The position numbers and the translations under genes were made by a program. From Christensenellaceae bacterium (lineage in GTDB: Bacteria; Bacillota; Clostridia; Christensenellales; UBA1242), in contig JAIRQZ010000017.1 in NCBI GenBank assembly GCA_031256235.1, positions 1 through 45,145 of the forward strand: a stretch of DNA of 45,145 bases, in the 5' to 3' direction. Below, piece after piece: positions 1 to 8,472 of the stretch; within the stretch, counting starts at the first letter, position 1, and each line of letters opens with the position of its first letter. The notes under the pieces are model-generated. The model made no database searches. It worked only from the letters and a program-made list of their open reading frames with translations, and was not told the DNA's origin.

Positions 1-60
1 CATTTCTTTTAAAACCCGACTCGGTTTTGCACTGCACAAAAAGAACAAAGTTAACAATAC

Positions 61-111
61 AAAACAAAAAGATAACCCGACGAATAACCCAATGGCTCGT
101 CGGGCCTTTTT
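61..111 (-). terminator. Intrinsic terminator downstream of the V-ATPase operon, probably bidirectional
   Basis: CCCGACGA (76-83) pairs with TCGTCGGG (97-104); U-rich tail on the minus strand (TTATCTTTTTGTTTT) and TTTTT on the plus strand. Confidence 0.7.
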
Positions 112-116
112 GCGGT

Positions 117-157
117 GCGCGGGCCGCCGAAGGCGTGACACGTGACACGGCCCGCGC
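117..157. repeat. GC-rich inverted repeat with an internal tandem heptamer
   Basis: GCGCGGGCCG (117-126) and CGGCCCGCGC (148-157) form a perfect 10-bp stem; GTGACAC occurs twice at 135-148. Confidence 0.75.
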
Positions 158-790
158 CTAATTTTCGCCCTGATTTTCCAGGACCTCTTTGACCTTCATC
201 AATCTGACAAGATTCCCGCGCTCGTTCTCTGAAAGTTTCAACGTTATCTCGCGGATGTTTTTCGTGAACCCGGGAATCACCGAATACTCAAGCGCATTGA
301 TGCGCTGTCGCAACAGTCCAAGGTTGCGCTCAATCATCGCACAACTTTTCTGTATACCCGCAAGGGCCACAAGTTTGTCCATGACACCCTGCAATGTGTG
401 TACGGCCCGCTCGAAACTTTGCGGGGTAGTGGCAAATATTGCCTGCGACTCGGCCTCGCGGGTAAGTGTAATGACAGGCACTTCCAGCCCCATGATATTT
501 TTGGTCTTGGCATTGACCTCGTACTCGTGACGCAAAGCCCGAATCGCGTTGTCAACTTCGGTTGGACTCATACGCGCACGACTGTCCATGAAGTAATGAA
601 CTGCCCGTGCAACCTCGGCGCTCACGGTCGCGCGCAAAGCATCCCGTTGCCTTACAAGGTCTTGCAAGATTCGCGTCATCTCATCCTGTTTGTTCTTAAG
701 CAATTTATGCCCGCGCATTGCAACTTTCCTGCGGGCAATTTGGTTCGTGCGCTCGATTCGGGTCGGACTGATTTGTTGCGTAACGCTCAT
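158..790 (-). CDS. ntpD: V/A-type ATP synthase subunit D
   Basis: PTRIE...[13 protein letters not shown]-terminus, [11 protein letters not shown] and [13 protein letters not shown] motifs; last gene of the operon. Confidence 0.95.
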   Translation of the reverse strand: MSVTQQISPTRIERTNQIARRKVAMRGHKLLKNKQDEMTRILQDLVRQRDALRATVSAEVARAVHYFMDSRARMSPTEVDNAIRALRHEYEVNAKTKNIMGLEVPVITLTREAESQAIFATTPQSFERAVHTLQGVMDKLVALAGIQKSCAMIERNLGLLRQRINALEYSVIPGFTKNIREITLKLSENERGNLVRLMKVKEVLENQGEN

Positions 791-2169
791 CGGTCGCCCG
801 TCCCTTCATAGTACTTGTCCAAATGTTTATCCTTTATACGGCGCAACTCTTCACGAGGCAAGATTCGCAACAGTGCCCACCCTAAATCCAACGTCTCGGC
901 AATCGTGCGGTTTACATTGAAACTTTGGTTAAGGTACCGTTTTTCAAATTCCTCCGCGAACGTGCAATACAACTTGTCGGTGGCGTCAAGCGCACTGTCG
1001 CCCAAGATTGTCGAAAGTTCCTTCGCGTCCTTGCCTTTCGCATACGCCGCGAACAGTTGGTTCATTATGTCGGCATGGTCACCACGAGTCTTACCCTCGC
1101 CGATGCCCTTGTCCTTAAGGCGCGAAAGGCTTGGCAACACATCAATGGGTGGTGTAATCCCTTTTTTGTAAAGTTCCCGCGACAATACAATTTGCCCCTC
1201 GGTGATATAGCCCGTAAGGTCTGGGATAGGGTGGGTCTTGTCATCTTCGGGCATTGTAAGTATAGGGATTTGCGTGACAGAGCCAGTGCGCCCTTTGATA
1301 CATCCCGCGCGCTCGTAAAGGCTTGCCAAGTCGGTATACATATACCCAGGATAGCCTCGTCGGCTTGGGACTTCTTTACGCGCGGCCGAGATTTCGCGCA
1401 AAGCCTCGCAATAATTGGTCATATCGGTCATTATGACAAGCACGTGATAGCCAAGTTCAAATGCCAAATACTCGGCAGTCGTAAGCGCCATACGCGGAGT
1501 AGCAACGCGTTCAAGCGCAGGGTCGGACGCCAAGTTCAAATACATCACCGAATGCGCAAGTGCACCGGTTTTGGCGAAACTTTTTTTGAAATAGTCGGCC
1601 TCGTCATGCGATATCCCCATCGCGGCGAATACCACGGCAAAGTTGCTTTTGTCGTGTGACGGGACACAGGCCTGTCTTGCGATTTGCGCCGCCAACTCGG
1701 CGTGGGGCAGACCTGACATTGAAAATATCGGCAACTTTTGCCCGCGCACCAACGTGTTCAATCCGTCTATTGCGCTTATGCCCGTTTGAATGAAACTGTT
1801 GGGATAAGTCCGTGCCGCAGGATTGACCGCCGTGCCATTTATGTCTCGGTGGATTGCGCCAAGTAATCTGGCTCCGCCGTCTATGGGCCTCCCAAGGCCG
1901 TCAAACACACGCCCAAGTACATCGGGGGCAAGTGCAACGGTAAGTCCCTTGCCTTTAAAGGCCGCCTTTGCCGTGGCAATTTCCAACCCTTGGCTCGAGG
2001 TGAACAACTGTACCACTGCGGTGTCGTCGCGCAATTCCAACACCTTGCCCATACGCGTGCGCCCGCCTTGTTCCTCGATTATGACGCTTGCGTCATACCC
2101 GACGCCCTCGACGCCCGTCACGACCACAAGTGGTCCAACCGCACTTTTGATATTAGTGTAGTAACGCAT
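787..2169 (-). CDS. ntpB: V/A-type ATP synthase subunit B
   Basis: [44 protein letters not shown] and [15 protein letters not shown]; SD AAAGGAG at 2180-2186. Confidence 0.97.
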   Translation of the reverse strand: MRYYTNIKSAVGPLVVVTGVEGVGYDASVIIEEQGGRTRMGKVLELRDDTAVVQLFTSSQGLEIATAKAAFKGKGLTVALAPDVLGRVFDGLGRPIDGGARLLGAIHRDINGTAVNPAARTYPNSFIQTGISAIDGLNTLVRGQKLPIFSMSGLPHAELAAQIARQACVPSHDKSNFAVVFAAMGISHDEADYFKKSFAKTGALAHSVMYLNLASDPALERVATPRMALTTAEYLAFELGYHVLVIMTDMTNYCEALREISAARKEVPSRRGYPGYMYTDLASLYERAGCIKGRTGSVTQIPILTMPEDDKTHPIPDLTGYITEGQIVLSRELYKKGITPPIDVLPSLSRLKDKGIGEGKTRGDHADIMNQLFAAYAKGKDAKELSTILGDSALDATDKLYCTFAEEFEKRYLNQSFNVNRTIAETLDLGWALLRILPREELRRIKDKHLDKYYEGTGDR

Positions 2170-3052
2170 ATCTCATAATCTCCTTTCGAAGCATAAACGG
2201 CTTCAATATCAAAACGTCGCCCACAAATTTTTTCGCGAACAACGTCTCAAGTTTCCCTTTGGAAGTTTCCGAATTTGCTATTATGTAACTTTTCCCGCTT
2301 GATAATGATATAAGGTTCATCATCCATTCATCATAACCCTTAAGGCAATCAAGTACAACATCCAAATCGCTGATAAATTTTTCGCCGTTATAGACCACAA
2401 GTTGCCCGAATGATTGAGGCAGATTTGAATTTGGCGCGGGCTTGATGTCATTAATGATAGCAGATTTCAAGTCAAGTAGTATCCCTCTTTCGCAATCGCA
2501 GAAGTAAGTTTCCGTCCAATCTTTTTTAATTTTGCCGATTTTGACAAGTTGCTTGAAGGCCACTATGTCGCGTTTGGTTGTAATTTTTGCTTTTAAATTT
2601 AATGTTTGGTCCAAAATTGCGGCCGTCATAAGGTGGCATAAATCACCCGTCAACAGGTGCGTGCAACCGCATTTTACGAATCTTTCGTAAACGATTGTGC
2701 ATGCACACCCAATGAATTCGATTTGGGTTTTGACTTCGGGCCGCGCAGCCCAATAATCCTCGAATCCCGCATGGTGGTCGATTACCTCGGTGACTCGGGC
2801 AAGGTCGACGATGGAATCGAATTCTTGCGCGTAGGATATGTCAAACATTACGAAACTGTCATCACGCGTGGGTGCATACTTGTCAAATTTGGGGCCAAGT
2901 TTTTTTATGCATTCGGGGATGCTTTCGTTTGCGGGCGCGGTCGTAACCGCCTTGGCAGGGCAACCCGTCGCATTTAACAACACGGCATAAGCAATACACC
3001 CCGCGTATGCGTCGATGTCAATGTATTTTCTGCCCGATGTCACGACCGTCAT
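2153..3052 (-). CDS. DHH-family phosphoesterase, Mn-dependent inorganic pyrophosphatase (PpaC/family II)-like
   Basis: DIDA (DxD), [12 protein letters not shown] and [10 protein letters not shown] motifs; C-terminal RKEI as in the DHHA2 domain. Confidence 0.8.
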   Translation of the reverse strand: MTVVTSGRKYIDIDAYAGCIAYAVLLNATGCPAKAVTTAPANESIPECIKKLGPKFDKYAPTRDDSFVMFDISYAQEFDSIVDLARVTEVIDHHAGFEDYWAARPEVKTQIEFIGCACTIVYERFVKCGCTHLLTGDLCHLMTAAILDQTLNLKAKITTKRDIVAFKQLVKIGKIKKDWTETYFCDCERGILLDLKSAIINDIKPAPNSNLPQSFGQLVVYNGEKFISDLDVVLDCLKGYDEWMMNLISLSSGKSYIIANSETSKGKLETLFAKKFVGDVLILKPFMLRKEIMRYALLH

Positions 3053-4629
3053 ATTGTACCTATGATTCCTTTCAATTTCTCAAATTGAGTTTTAAGCGGA
3101 GTGTATGTGTCTACCAAGTCGAACGCATTTTGGTGCAGGAAGTCTTCGCGGATTTCCTTGGCTATGCGCAATGTTTTTTTGTCTTCGTCGGATAACGAGT
3201 CCGCACCCATCAATCTTACGATTTCCTGCAACTCGGCCTCGTGTTGCAATATTTTAAGGGCTTTGGCGCGCGTCGCAACCCATTGAGGGTGGACTTGCTT
3301 TGTATAATAACTTTCCATTTTGTCGGCGTAAAGCGAGTAACTTGTCAACCAATCAATCGCGGGGAAGTGGCGCCTGTGCGCAAGCGAATACGACAAGGCC
3401 CAAAATGTTTTCACGATGCGCATGGTGGCCTGGACAATAGGCTCGGCCAAGTCGCCCCCAGGAGGCGATACCGCACCGATGGCGGTTATCGAGCCTTGCC
3501 CACCTCCCAACACCTCAACAATTCCTGCTCGTTCGTAAAATTGCGCGATGCGACTTGTCAGGTACGCGGGGTACCCCTCCTCGCCTGGAAGTTCTTCCAT
3601 ACGGCCACTCATTTCGCGCAATGCCTCGGCCCAACGGCTTGTGCTGTCGGCCATGATAGCGACATTATATCCCATGTCGCGAAAGTATTCGGCAATCGTG
3701 ATGCCTGTGTAAATGCTTGCTTCGCGCGCGGCGACGGGCATGTCCGAAGTGTTGGCAATCAATATAGTTCGCTTTATCATGGGTTGGTTGTTGCGACGGT
3801 CGACAAGTTGCGGGAATTCGTGCAATACGTCGCAAATTTCGTTACCGCGCTCGCCACAGCCGATGTAAACGACGATGTCGGCGTCGGCCCACTTTGCGAT
3901 TTGATGTTGTACGACGGTCTTACCGCTTCCGAAAGGCCCAGGAATTGCGGCGACCCCGCCTTTCGCGACAGGGAACAACGTATCGATAATGCGTTGGCCA
4001 GTGATAAGGGGTGTGGAAGGCACAAGTTTGCGTTTATATGGCCTTGGCAAGCGCACAGGCCAGACCGTAAGCATGGTGACGCCATAGGTGCCCGACACGT
4101 CGCCTTTTATTTGGGCAACGGCCTCGGTGACCGTGAAACTTCCGCTTTCGATTTTTGCGACTGTCCCGTTTATCCCTTGTGGCACCATAATGCGATGTTC
4201 GATGACTTCGTTTTCCATGACAACGCCGATAATGTCGCCCGTTGACACGTGGTCGCCAAGTGCCCGCGTGGCTTTGAACTCCCATTTTTTCTTGCGGTCA
4301 ATAGTTGGCAAAGTGATTCCTCGCGCTATTCGGTCCCCGTGCATGGCGTGGATACTTTCAAGCGGTCGCCCGATGCCGTCGTAAACCCCGCCCATAATGC
4401 CAGGCCCCATTTCCATGGACAAGGCCATACCTGTGGTGTTTACGCCGTCGCCGACCCGCAGGCCCGCGGTTTCTTCGTATACTTGGATGGACGCCTTGTC
4501 ACCGCGTAATTCGATAATTTCGCCTATAAGTTTTTGCTCGCCGACATGAACGACGTCAAACATCTTGACGTTACGCATCTTGTCGGCCACCACCAAAGGC
4601 CCCGCGATTTTGATTATTTGACCTTGCAT
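3049..4629 (-). CDS. ntpA: V/A-type ATP synthase catalytic subunit A, C-terminally short
   Basis: Walker [29 protein letters not shown] and [10 protein letters not shown]. Confidence 0.97.
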   Translation of the reverse strand: MQGQIIKIAGPLVVADKMRNVKMFDVVHVGEQKLIGEIIELRGDKASIQVYEETAGLRVGDGVNTTGMALSMEMGPGIMGGVYDGIGRPLESIHAMHGDRIARGITLPTIDRKKKWEFKATRALGDHVSTGDIIGVVMENEVIEHRIMVPQGINGTVAKIESGSFTVTEAVAQIKGDVSGTYGVTMLTVWPVRLPRPYKRKLVPSTPLITGQRIIDTLFPVAKGGVAAIPGPFGSGKTVVQHQIAKWADADIVVYIGCGERGNEICDVLHEFPQLVDRRNNQPMIKRTILIANTSDMPVAAREASIYTGITIAEYFRDMGYNVAIMADSTSRWAEALREMSGRMEELPGEEGYPAYLTSRIAQFYERAGIVEVLGGGQGSITAIGAVSPPGGDLAEPIVQATMRIVKTFWALSYSLAHRRHFPAIDWLTSYSLYADKMESYYTKQVHPQWVATRAKALKILQHEAELQEIVRLMGADSLSDEDKKTLRIAKEIREDFLHQNAFDLVDTYTPLKTQFEKLKGIIGTI

Positions 4630-4814
4630 AATTCGACCTCCATTATTATCGGGTAGGGCTTGTCCACATTGGCTTTCAACCCCACGGTATCCAATATCAA
4701 AGCATATTGGTCGGTATCAAGTCTGTCGGTGGGGGAATAGGTGTCCATGCCCACGACTTGGAAAATTTGGGTCAAAGTTTTATCGCCAATAATGGCCATT
4801 CTAGAACCTGTCAT
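4614..4814 (-). CDS. V/A-type ATP synthase subunit F, very short
   Basis: MAIIGD...F..VG N-terminus and P.IME C-terminal motif; lies between subunits C and A. Confidence 0.75.
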   Translation of the reverse strand: MTGSRMAIIGDKTLTQIFQVVGMDTYSPTDRLDTDQYALILDTVGLKANVDKPYPIIMEVELCKVK

Positions 4815-5412
4815 ATATCCCCCTTAAATCATCCATGATTTTTTCGGCGCCAAAGCCGAATTGCTTGCCAAGCAAGATTGTTTTCACGGCAATGAACTCA
4901 AGTTGCTTCAGGCAATACCAATAAAATACAAAGCCTGCGCCCTCGGTATCAAGTCGCATTTCGTATGCACGCTCCCAAAGTGCTTGGGTCGGCATTTTCT
5001 TGTCATTCGTCCACGCGTCAAGCAAGGTTTGGTAATAATTTTTGATGCTTGCGGATTTTATGGCTTTCATATTGCGCGCGATTGTATCGCAAAGTTTCGC
5101 CTCGGCAATTCTTAATGGCGCTCCAGGTGCGGTCGGAGTAATGCTGAAGTCATAAATGGCCTTGACGCATGTGCATACCGCAGGGTCGGCGCAGTTTTTC
5201 ATAAACATTCCGACCGCATCATGCCTTGCGGTTTCGATTATTTGCTCGACAGGGTGTTGCGTCCCGATGTATCCAATTTCCGCCAAGATGGTGTCGGTCA
5301 AGGTCTTTGTGGTCGCCCGTATCAATGCTTGGATGCGGGCCTTGTTAAGCATATGGGTCGCCATATGCGCCGAGACGGCAGAATTGGAATATATCATGTC
5401 GACACTTGTCAT
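4801..5412 (-). CDS. ntpC: V/A-type ATP synthase subunit C (d), shortened
   Basis: YSNSAV...ML N-terminus and Y...K..E...VKTILLGK......I...LR..Y C-terminus typical of subunit C; operon position. Confidence 0.75.
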   Translation of the reverse strand: MTSVDMIYSNSAVSAHMATHMLNKARIQALIRATTKTLTDTILAEIGYIGTQHPVEQIIETARHDAVGMFMKNCADPAVCTCVKAIYDFSITPTAPGAPLRIAEAKLCDTIARNMKAIKSASIKNYYQTLLDAWTNDKKMPTQALWERAYEMRLDTEGAGFVFYWYCLKQLEFIAVKTILLGKQFGFGAEKIMDDLRGIYDRF

Positions 5413-5813
5413 TGGAACAGAATCTCCACGACTTGCTTTTCAATTTCAAGGCGCAATGTGGCCCCAAGTTCTTCGCGTGTCATCCGAAGTTCATAATTCG
5501 GTTTCTTTTCGACTTTGAAATTGTACTTTATTTTTTGCATTGCTTTGTCAAACACGTCGTCAACGATTTGTGTCTTTGCATGGAGCAGGGCAAGATTATC
5601 GCGGATGCTTTGCTCGCTTTCGTTGATTTCGCGTTCGCGAGCCTTTTCACGCTTTGCATTTTCTTTTGCGGATTTTAACAATTCCTCTTGATGCTTGTTC
5701 GCGTATTCAAGGTTTTCTTTTGCATTCTTTTTGGCGTCACGCAAAATTATGGCGGCCTCGTCTTTGGCATCTTTTAATATTCTGTCGACAAGGTTTTGGA
5801 CATCCATGCTCAT
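5409..5813 (-). CDS. ntpE: V/A-type ATP synthase subunit E, shortened
   Basis: LVDRILKDAKDEAAIIL coiled coil, LLHAKTQIVDDVF and C-terminal EKQVVEILF; operon position. Confidence 0.8.
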   Translation of the reverse strand: MSMDVQNLVDRILKDAKDEAAIILRDAKKNAKENLEYANKHQEELLKSAKENAKREKAREREINESEQSIRDNLALLHAKTQIVDDVFDKAMQKIKYNFKVEKKPNYELRMTREELGATLRLEIEKQVVEILFQ

Positions 5814-6268
5814 ATGGAAAGCACCGACAAAATCGAAATGATAAGTCCAAGCAGGGCAAAAAATTCGATGAAAATCGCCATTGTAATCCCACGGCCGTAA
5901 AGTTCATTTCGCTTGCCAATCATGTTAACCATAGACGCGCAAACTTTCGCTTGGGCGATTGCCGACACCATACCAACTATGGCGATAGGCAAACACGCGG
6001 CAAGTACCATCGCGCCCTCGACCGTCGTATAGCCCTTTGCATTACCCATTACGACATTTTGCAAAACCAAGAATCCAACAACGAACCCGTAAAGCGCGGC
6101 CGTCGATGGGATAAGTTGGAACACAAGCGTCTTTGTGTATTTTTCGGGCTGCTCGGAAACCAGTCCCGCACTTGCGCGCTGTACAATCGACAAGCCTATA
6201 CTTGCCCCAAGCCCACAAAGCCCAACGGCCAAAGATGCCCCCAAAATTGCCAATACATTTCCCCACAT
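5810..6268 (-). CDS. ntpK: V/A-type ATP synthase proteolipid subunit K (4 TM)
   Basis: Duplicated hairpin proteolipid with EQPEKY, QLIPST..LYG, SAIAQ and IEFFALLG; SD AGGAGG 9 nt before ATG 6268. Confidence 0.93.
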   Translation of the reverse strand: MWGNVLAILGASLAVGLCGLGASIGLSIVQRASAGLVSEQPEKYTKTLVFQLIPSTAALYGFVVGFLVLQNVVMGNAKGYTTVEGAMVLAACLPIAIVGMVSAIAQAKVCASMVNMIGKRNELYGRGITMAIFIEFFALLGLIISILSVLSI

Positions 6269-6270
6269 AA

Positions 6271-8133
6271 TCAATTTCCTCCTTTAATGATTGTGTATCT
6301 CAAATTTCCTCCAACAGGTGAAAATTGCACTCCATCACCTGTATAGAATTTAGAGAAGAATTCGATAAATTGCAAGCGTGCGCCATGAATATATGCGGAA
6401 AGCAGTCCAAGCCCCAAATTAAAGACGTGGAATAAAATCGCGACCAAGACTCCTATGGGATAGCCCACAAACGGAATTCCAAACATCATGCCTCCGATTA
6501 TGTTGCCGACATTTGCGATGACTGCGCCGACAAGCGACAACGCAAATAAACGGACGTAACTTACCGTGTCGTTAAAGTAACTTATAACCGAGTACGGATT
6601 GCTTGCCATTGTGCCAACCGCGCCTATGATTGTAATCCACATGCCGACCGTATTGATTGAATTGAAGAACCCAACGGACGGAAGCCCGAAAATGTTGAAT
6701 GCGACCTTTGGCAAAAATAACATAAGGCCGATGAAAAGTATTATGCGCGGGACGCCTTTAAGCGTTGCGCTTAAATAGTGTCCGTCGCGGAACTTTACCC
6801 ATGTGTCGATTGTTATGCCCACGCTTAATTGGATAAGTCCAAGGGCAAGCGACAGCAACATAACGTATATCGCTCCGTCCAACGGGTCGATAAGTTGCGT
6901 GCCGATTTTAAAGCCGAATACACTGCCGAATAAAAGCCCCCACACGAACGCGCTTACGGAACAAATCCCGAACAGCAACATGAATTGCTTTGTCCCGTAA
7001 CTTGGTTTTTTGAAATAAATAAAAGCGGCGACGGCGGCGCACAATACAAGCGCATATCCAAGGTCGCCAATCATCATACCAAAGAATACAAAGTAGAAGA
7101 ACGCTACAAACGGGTTTGGGTCGATGTCTCGGCTTCCTGGGTTTCCGTACATTTCGGTGACGTTACGGAACGGGGTTACAAGTGCCGAGTTTTTCAAAAG
7201 CACGGGTACATCGTCATCGGCTGTTGCGGGTTCAAACTTGCAAACGATGTCGGGCGCAACTTCGCCAAGTTTGGCTTTGACATTTTCCTGTTCGGATTGG
7301 ATAACCCAGCCGTTCAATATGTAATACTTTTGTGTTTGTAAAGTTTTTGCGACGATGTCAATCGTGTCGGCCTCGTTACAAATGTAATCGTAGTATGATT
7401 TTATGGCCCGTGCGTCTTCGGGCAATAACTTTGCGTTTTCAAGCAACTGCGCGCGCGCGGTCCCCAATTCAACATTTTCATTTTTTAAAACTTCAATCAT
7501 TGCCGTGGCCGTTTTGTCGAAATTATAAGGGCAGGGAATGAAGTCATACGAATGGATTACCTCGGCGATTTGGGCATCGTCGCGGTGGGTTGTAATGATG
7601 ACGATTTGATTCATCTTGCCACTTGGGAATGTTTGCATATTCATGTTTGCGTGAGCAAAATCCCTTGCAAGTTTTTGATACTTGACGGTAGGCAATATGC
7701 CACAAAGGATTTGGGTGTACGCACCGCTTTCAAGCAAAGAAAACGCAACTGGCAAGTTCACGTAATCGCCAAGGCCTCTTATCATTTCAAGATTCCGTAC
7801 AAGTGTTGTATGGGCATGGTTGATTTGTAGTTGAAGTTCTTCAAGTTGCGTCACGACCCGCATTGCGTCTTGTTGATATTGTGAAAAGTTGTTTAATTCG
7901 GTGTACGAGGTTTCTGCGCGCATTTTGTTATCGGGTTTCGCGATGTCAAGGGCAGTTTCAAGTCGCTTTTTAAGTCCCACCAATTCCTCGTACCTTTCAT
8001 TATCAGTGTTTGTTTTTTCCAACTTTTCATATGCGGTCATTTGAAAAGACGCCGTACCCTTAAGCGCATTAATAACGCTTCTAAGGTCGGTCTTGCTGCC
8101 TATGAAACTTGCTTTGACGAAAGGGATTCTCAT
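6271..8133 (-). CDS. ntpI: V/A-type ATP synthase subunit I (a)
   Basis: PVLLKN...PF..VTEMYG.P...IDP, FFGMMIGDLGY, essential Arg in SYVRLFAL, RLQFIEFFSKFY. Confidence 0.95.
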   Translation of the reverse strand: MRIPFVKASFIGSKTDLRSVINALKGTASFQMTAYEKLEKTNTDNERYEELVGLKKRLETALDIAKPDNKMRAETSYTELNNFSQYQQDAMRVVTQLEELQLQINHAHTTLVRNLEMIRGLGDYVNLPVAFSLLESGAYTQILCGILPTVKYQKLARDFAHANMNMQTFPSGKMNQIVIITTHRDDAQIAEVIHSYDFIPCPYNFDKTATAMIEVLKNENVELGTARAQLLENAKLLPEDARAIKSYYDYICNEADTIDIVAKTLQTQKYYILNGWVIQSEQENVKAKLGEVAPDIVCKFEPATADDDVPVLLKNSALVTPFRNVTEMYGNPGSRDIDPNPFVAFFYFVFFGMMIGDLGYALVLCAAVAAFIYFKKPSYGTKQFMLLFGICSVSAFVWGLLFGSVFGFKIGTQLIDPLDGAIYVMLLSLALGLIQLSVGITIDTWVKFRDGHYLSATLKGVPRIILFIGLMLFLPKVAFNIFGLPSVGFFNSINTVGMWITIIGAVGTMASNPYSVISYFNDTVSYVRLFALSLVGAVIANVGNIIGGMMFGIPFVGYPIGVLVAILFHVFNLGLGLLSAYIHGARLQFIEFFSKFYTGDGVQFSPVGGNLRYTIIKGGN

Positions 8134-8414
8134 TTGGGGAACCTCTTGTTGAACTCCGATATAATCAATTTTTCCGCTTTTTCCAATTTGTCTTTTGATA
8201 CTTGTAATTTTACTTGTTCAGGTTCGTGAGTGTTGCCCGCGACCGCATCAATAAGGGTTAACTTTGCTACGGCGTCCGCGACTTGGGCGTTAATTTTGTC
8301 AATCTCGGCATTTGTTTCGGCTTGTATGGTTGCAACCTTTGCGTTGGCATCCGCCACGATTTGAACTGCTTTGTCTTCTGCACTTTTTATTGCTGCAAGC
8401 ATATCTTGTAACAC
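8130..8414 (-). CDS. V/A-type ATP synthase peripheral-stalk subunit G/H
   Basis: IKSAEDKAVQIVADA coiled coil; first gene of the operon, overlaps ntpI by 4 nt. Confidence 0.75.
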   Translation of the reverse strand: MLQDMLAAIKSAEDKAVQIVADANAKVATIQAETNAEIDKINAQVADAVAKLTLIDAVAGNTHEPEQVKLQVSKDKLEKAEKLIISEFNKRFPK

Positions 8415-8419
8415 ATAAG

Positions 8420-8448
8420 ATTGTATACTTTACAAATCATTTTTGCAA
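8420..8448 (-). promoter_or_regulatory. Sigma-A-like promoter of the V-ATPase operon
   Basis: TTGCAA (8448-8443), 17 nt, TACAAT (8425-8420), then 5 nt to GTG 8414. Confidence 0.65.
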
Positions 8449-8466
8449 GCACGTTTTACATATCAA
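8437..8466 (+). promoter_or_regulatory. Sigma-E-like promoter for the P-type ATPase
   Basis: TCATTTT (8437-8443), 15 nt, CATATCAA (8459-8466), then 6 nt to ATG 8473; resembles the SigE consensus TCATATT..CATAnnnT. Confidence 0.45.
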
Positions 8467-8472
8467 TTATAT

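Noticed and set aside
1-60. CAT at 1-3 as the start of a minus-strand gene, and a small AAAACC/GGTTTT hairpin at 11-28
   Set aside because: No coding sequence inside the window to test it
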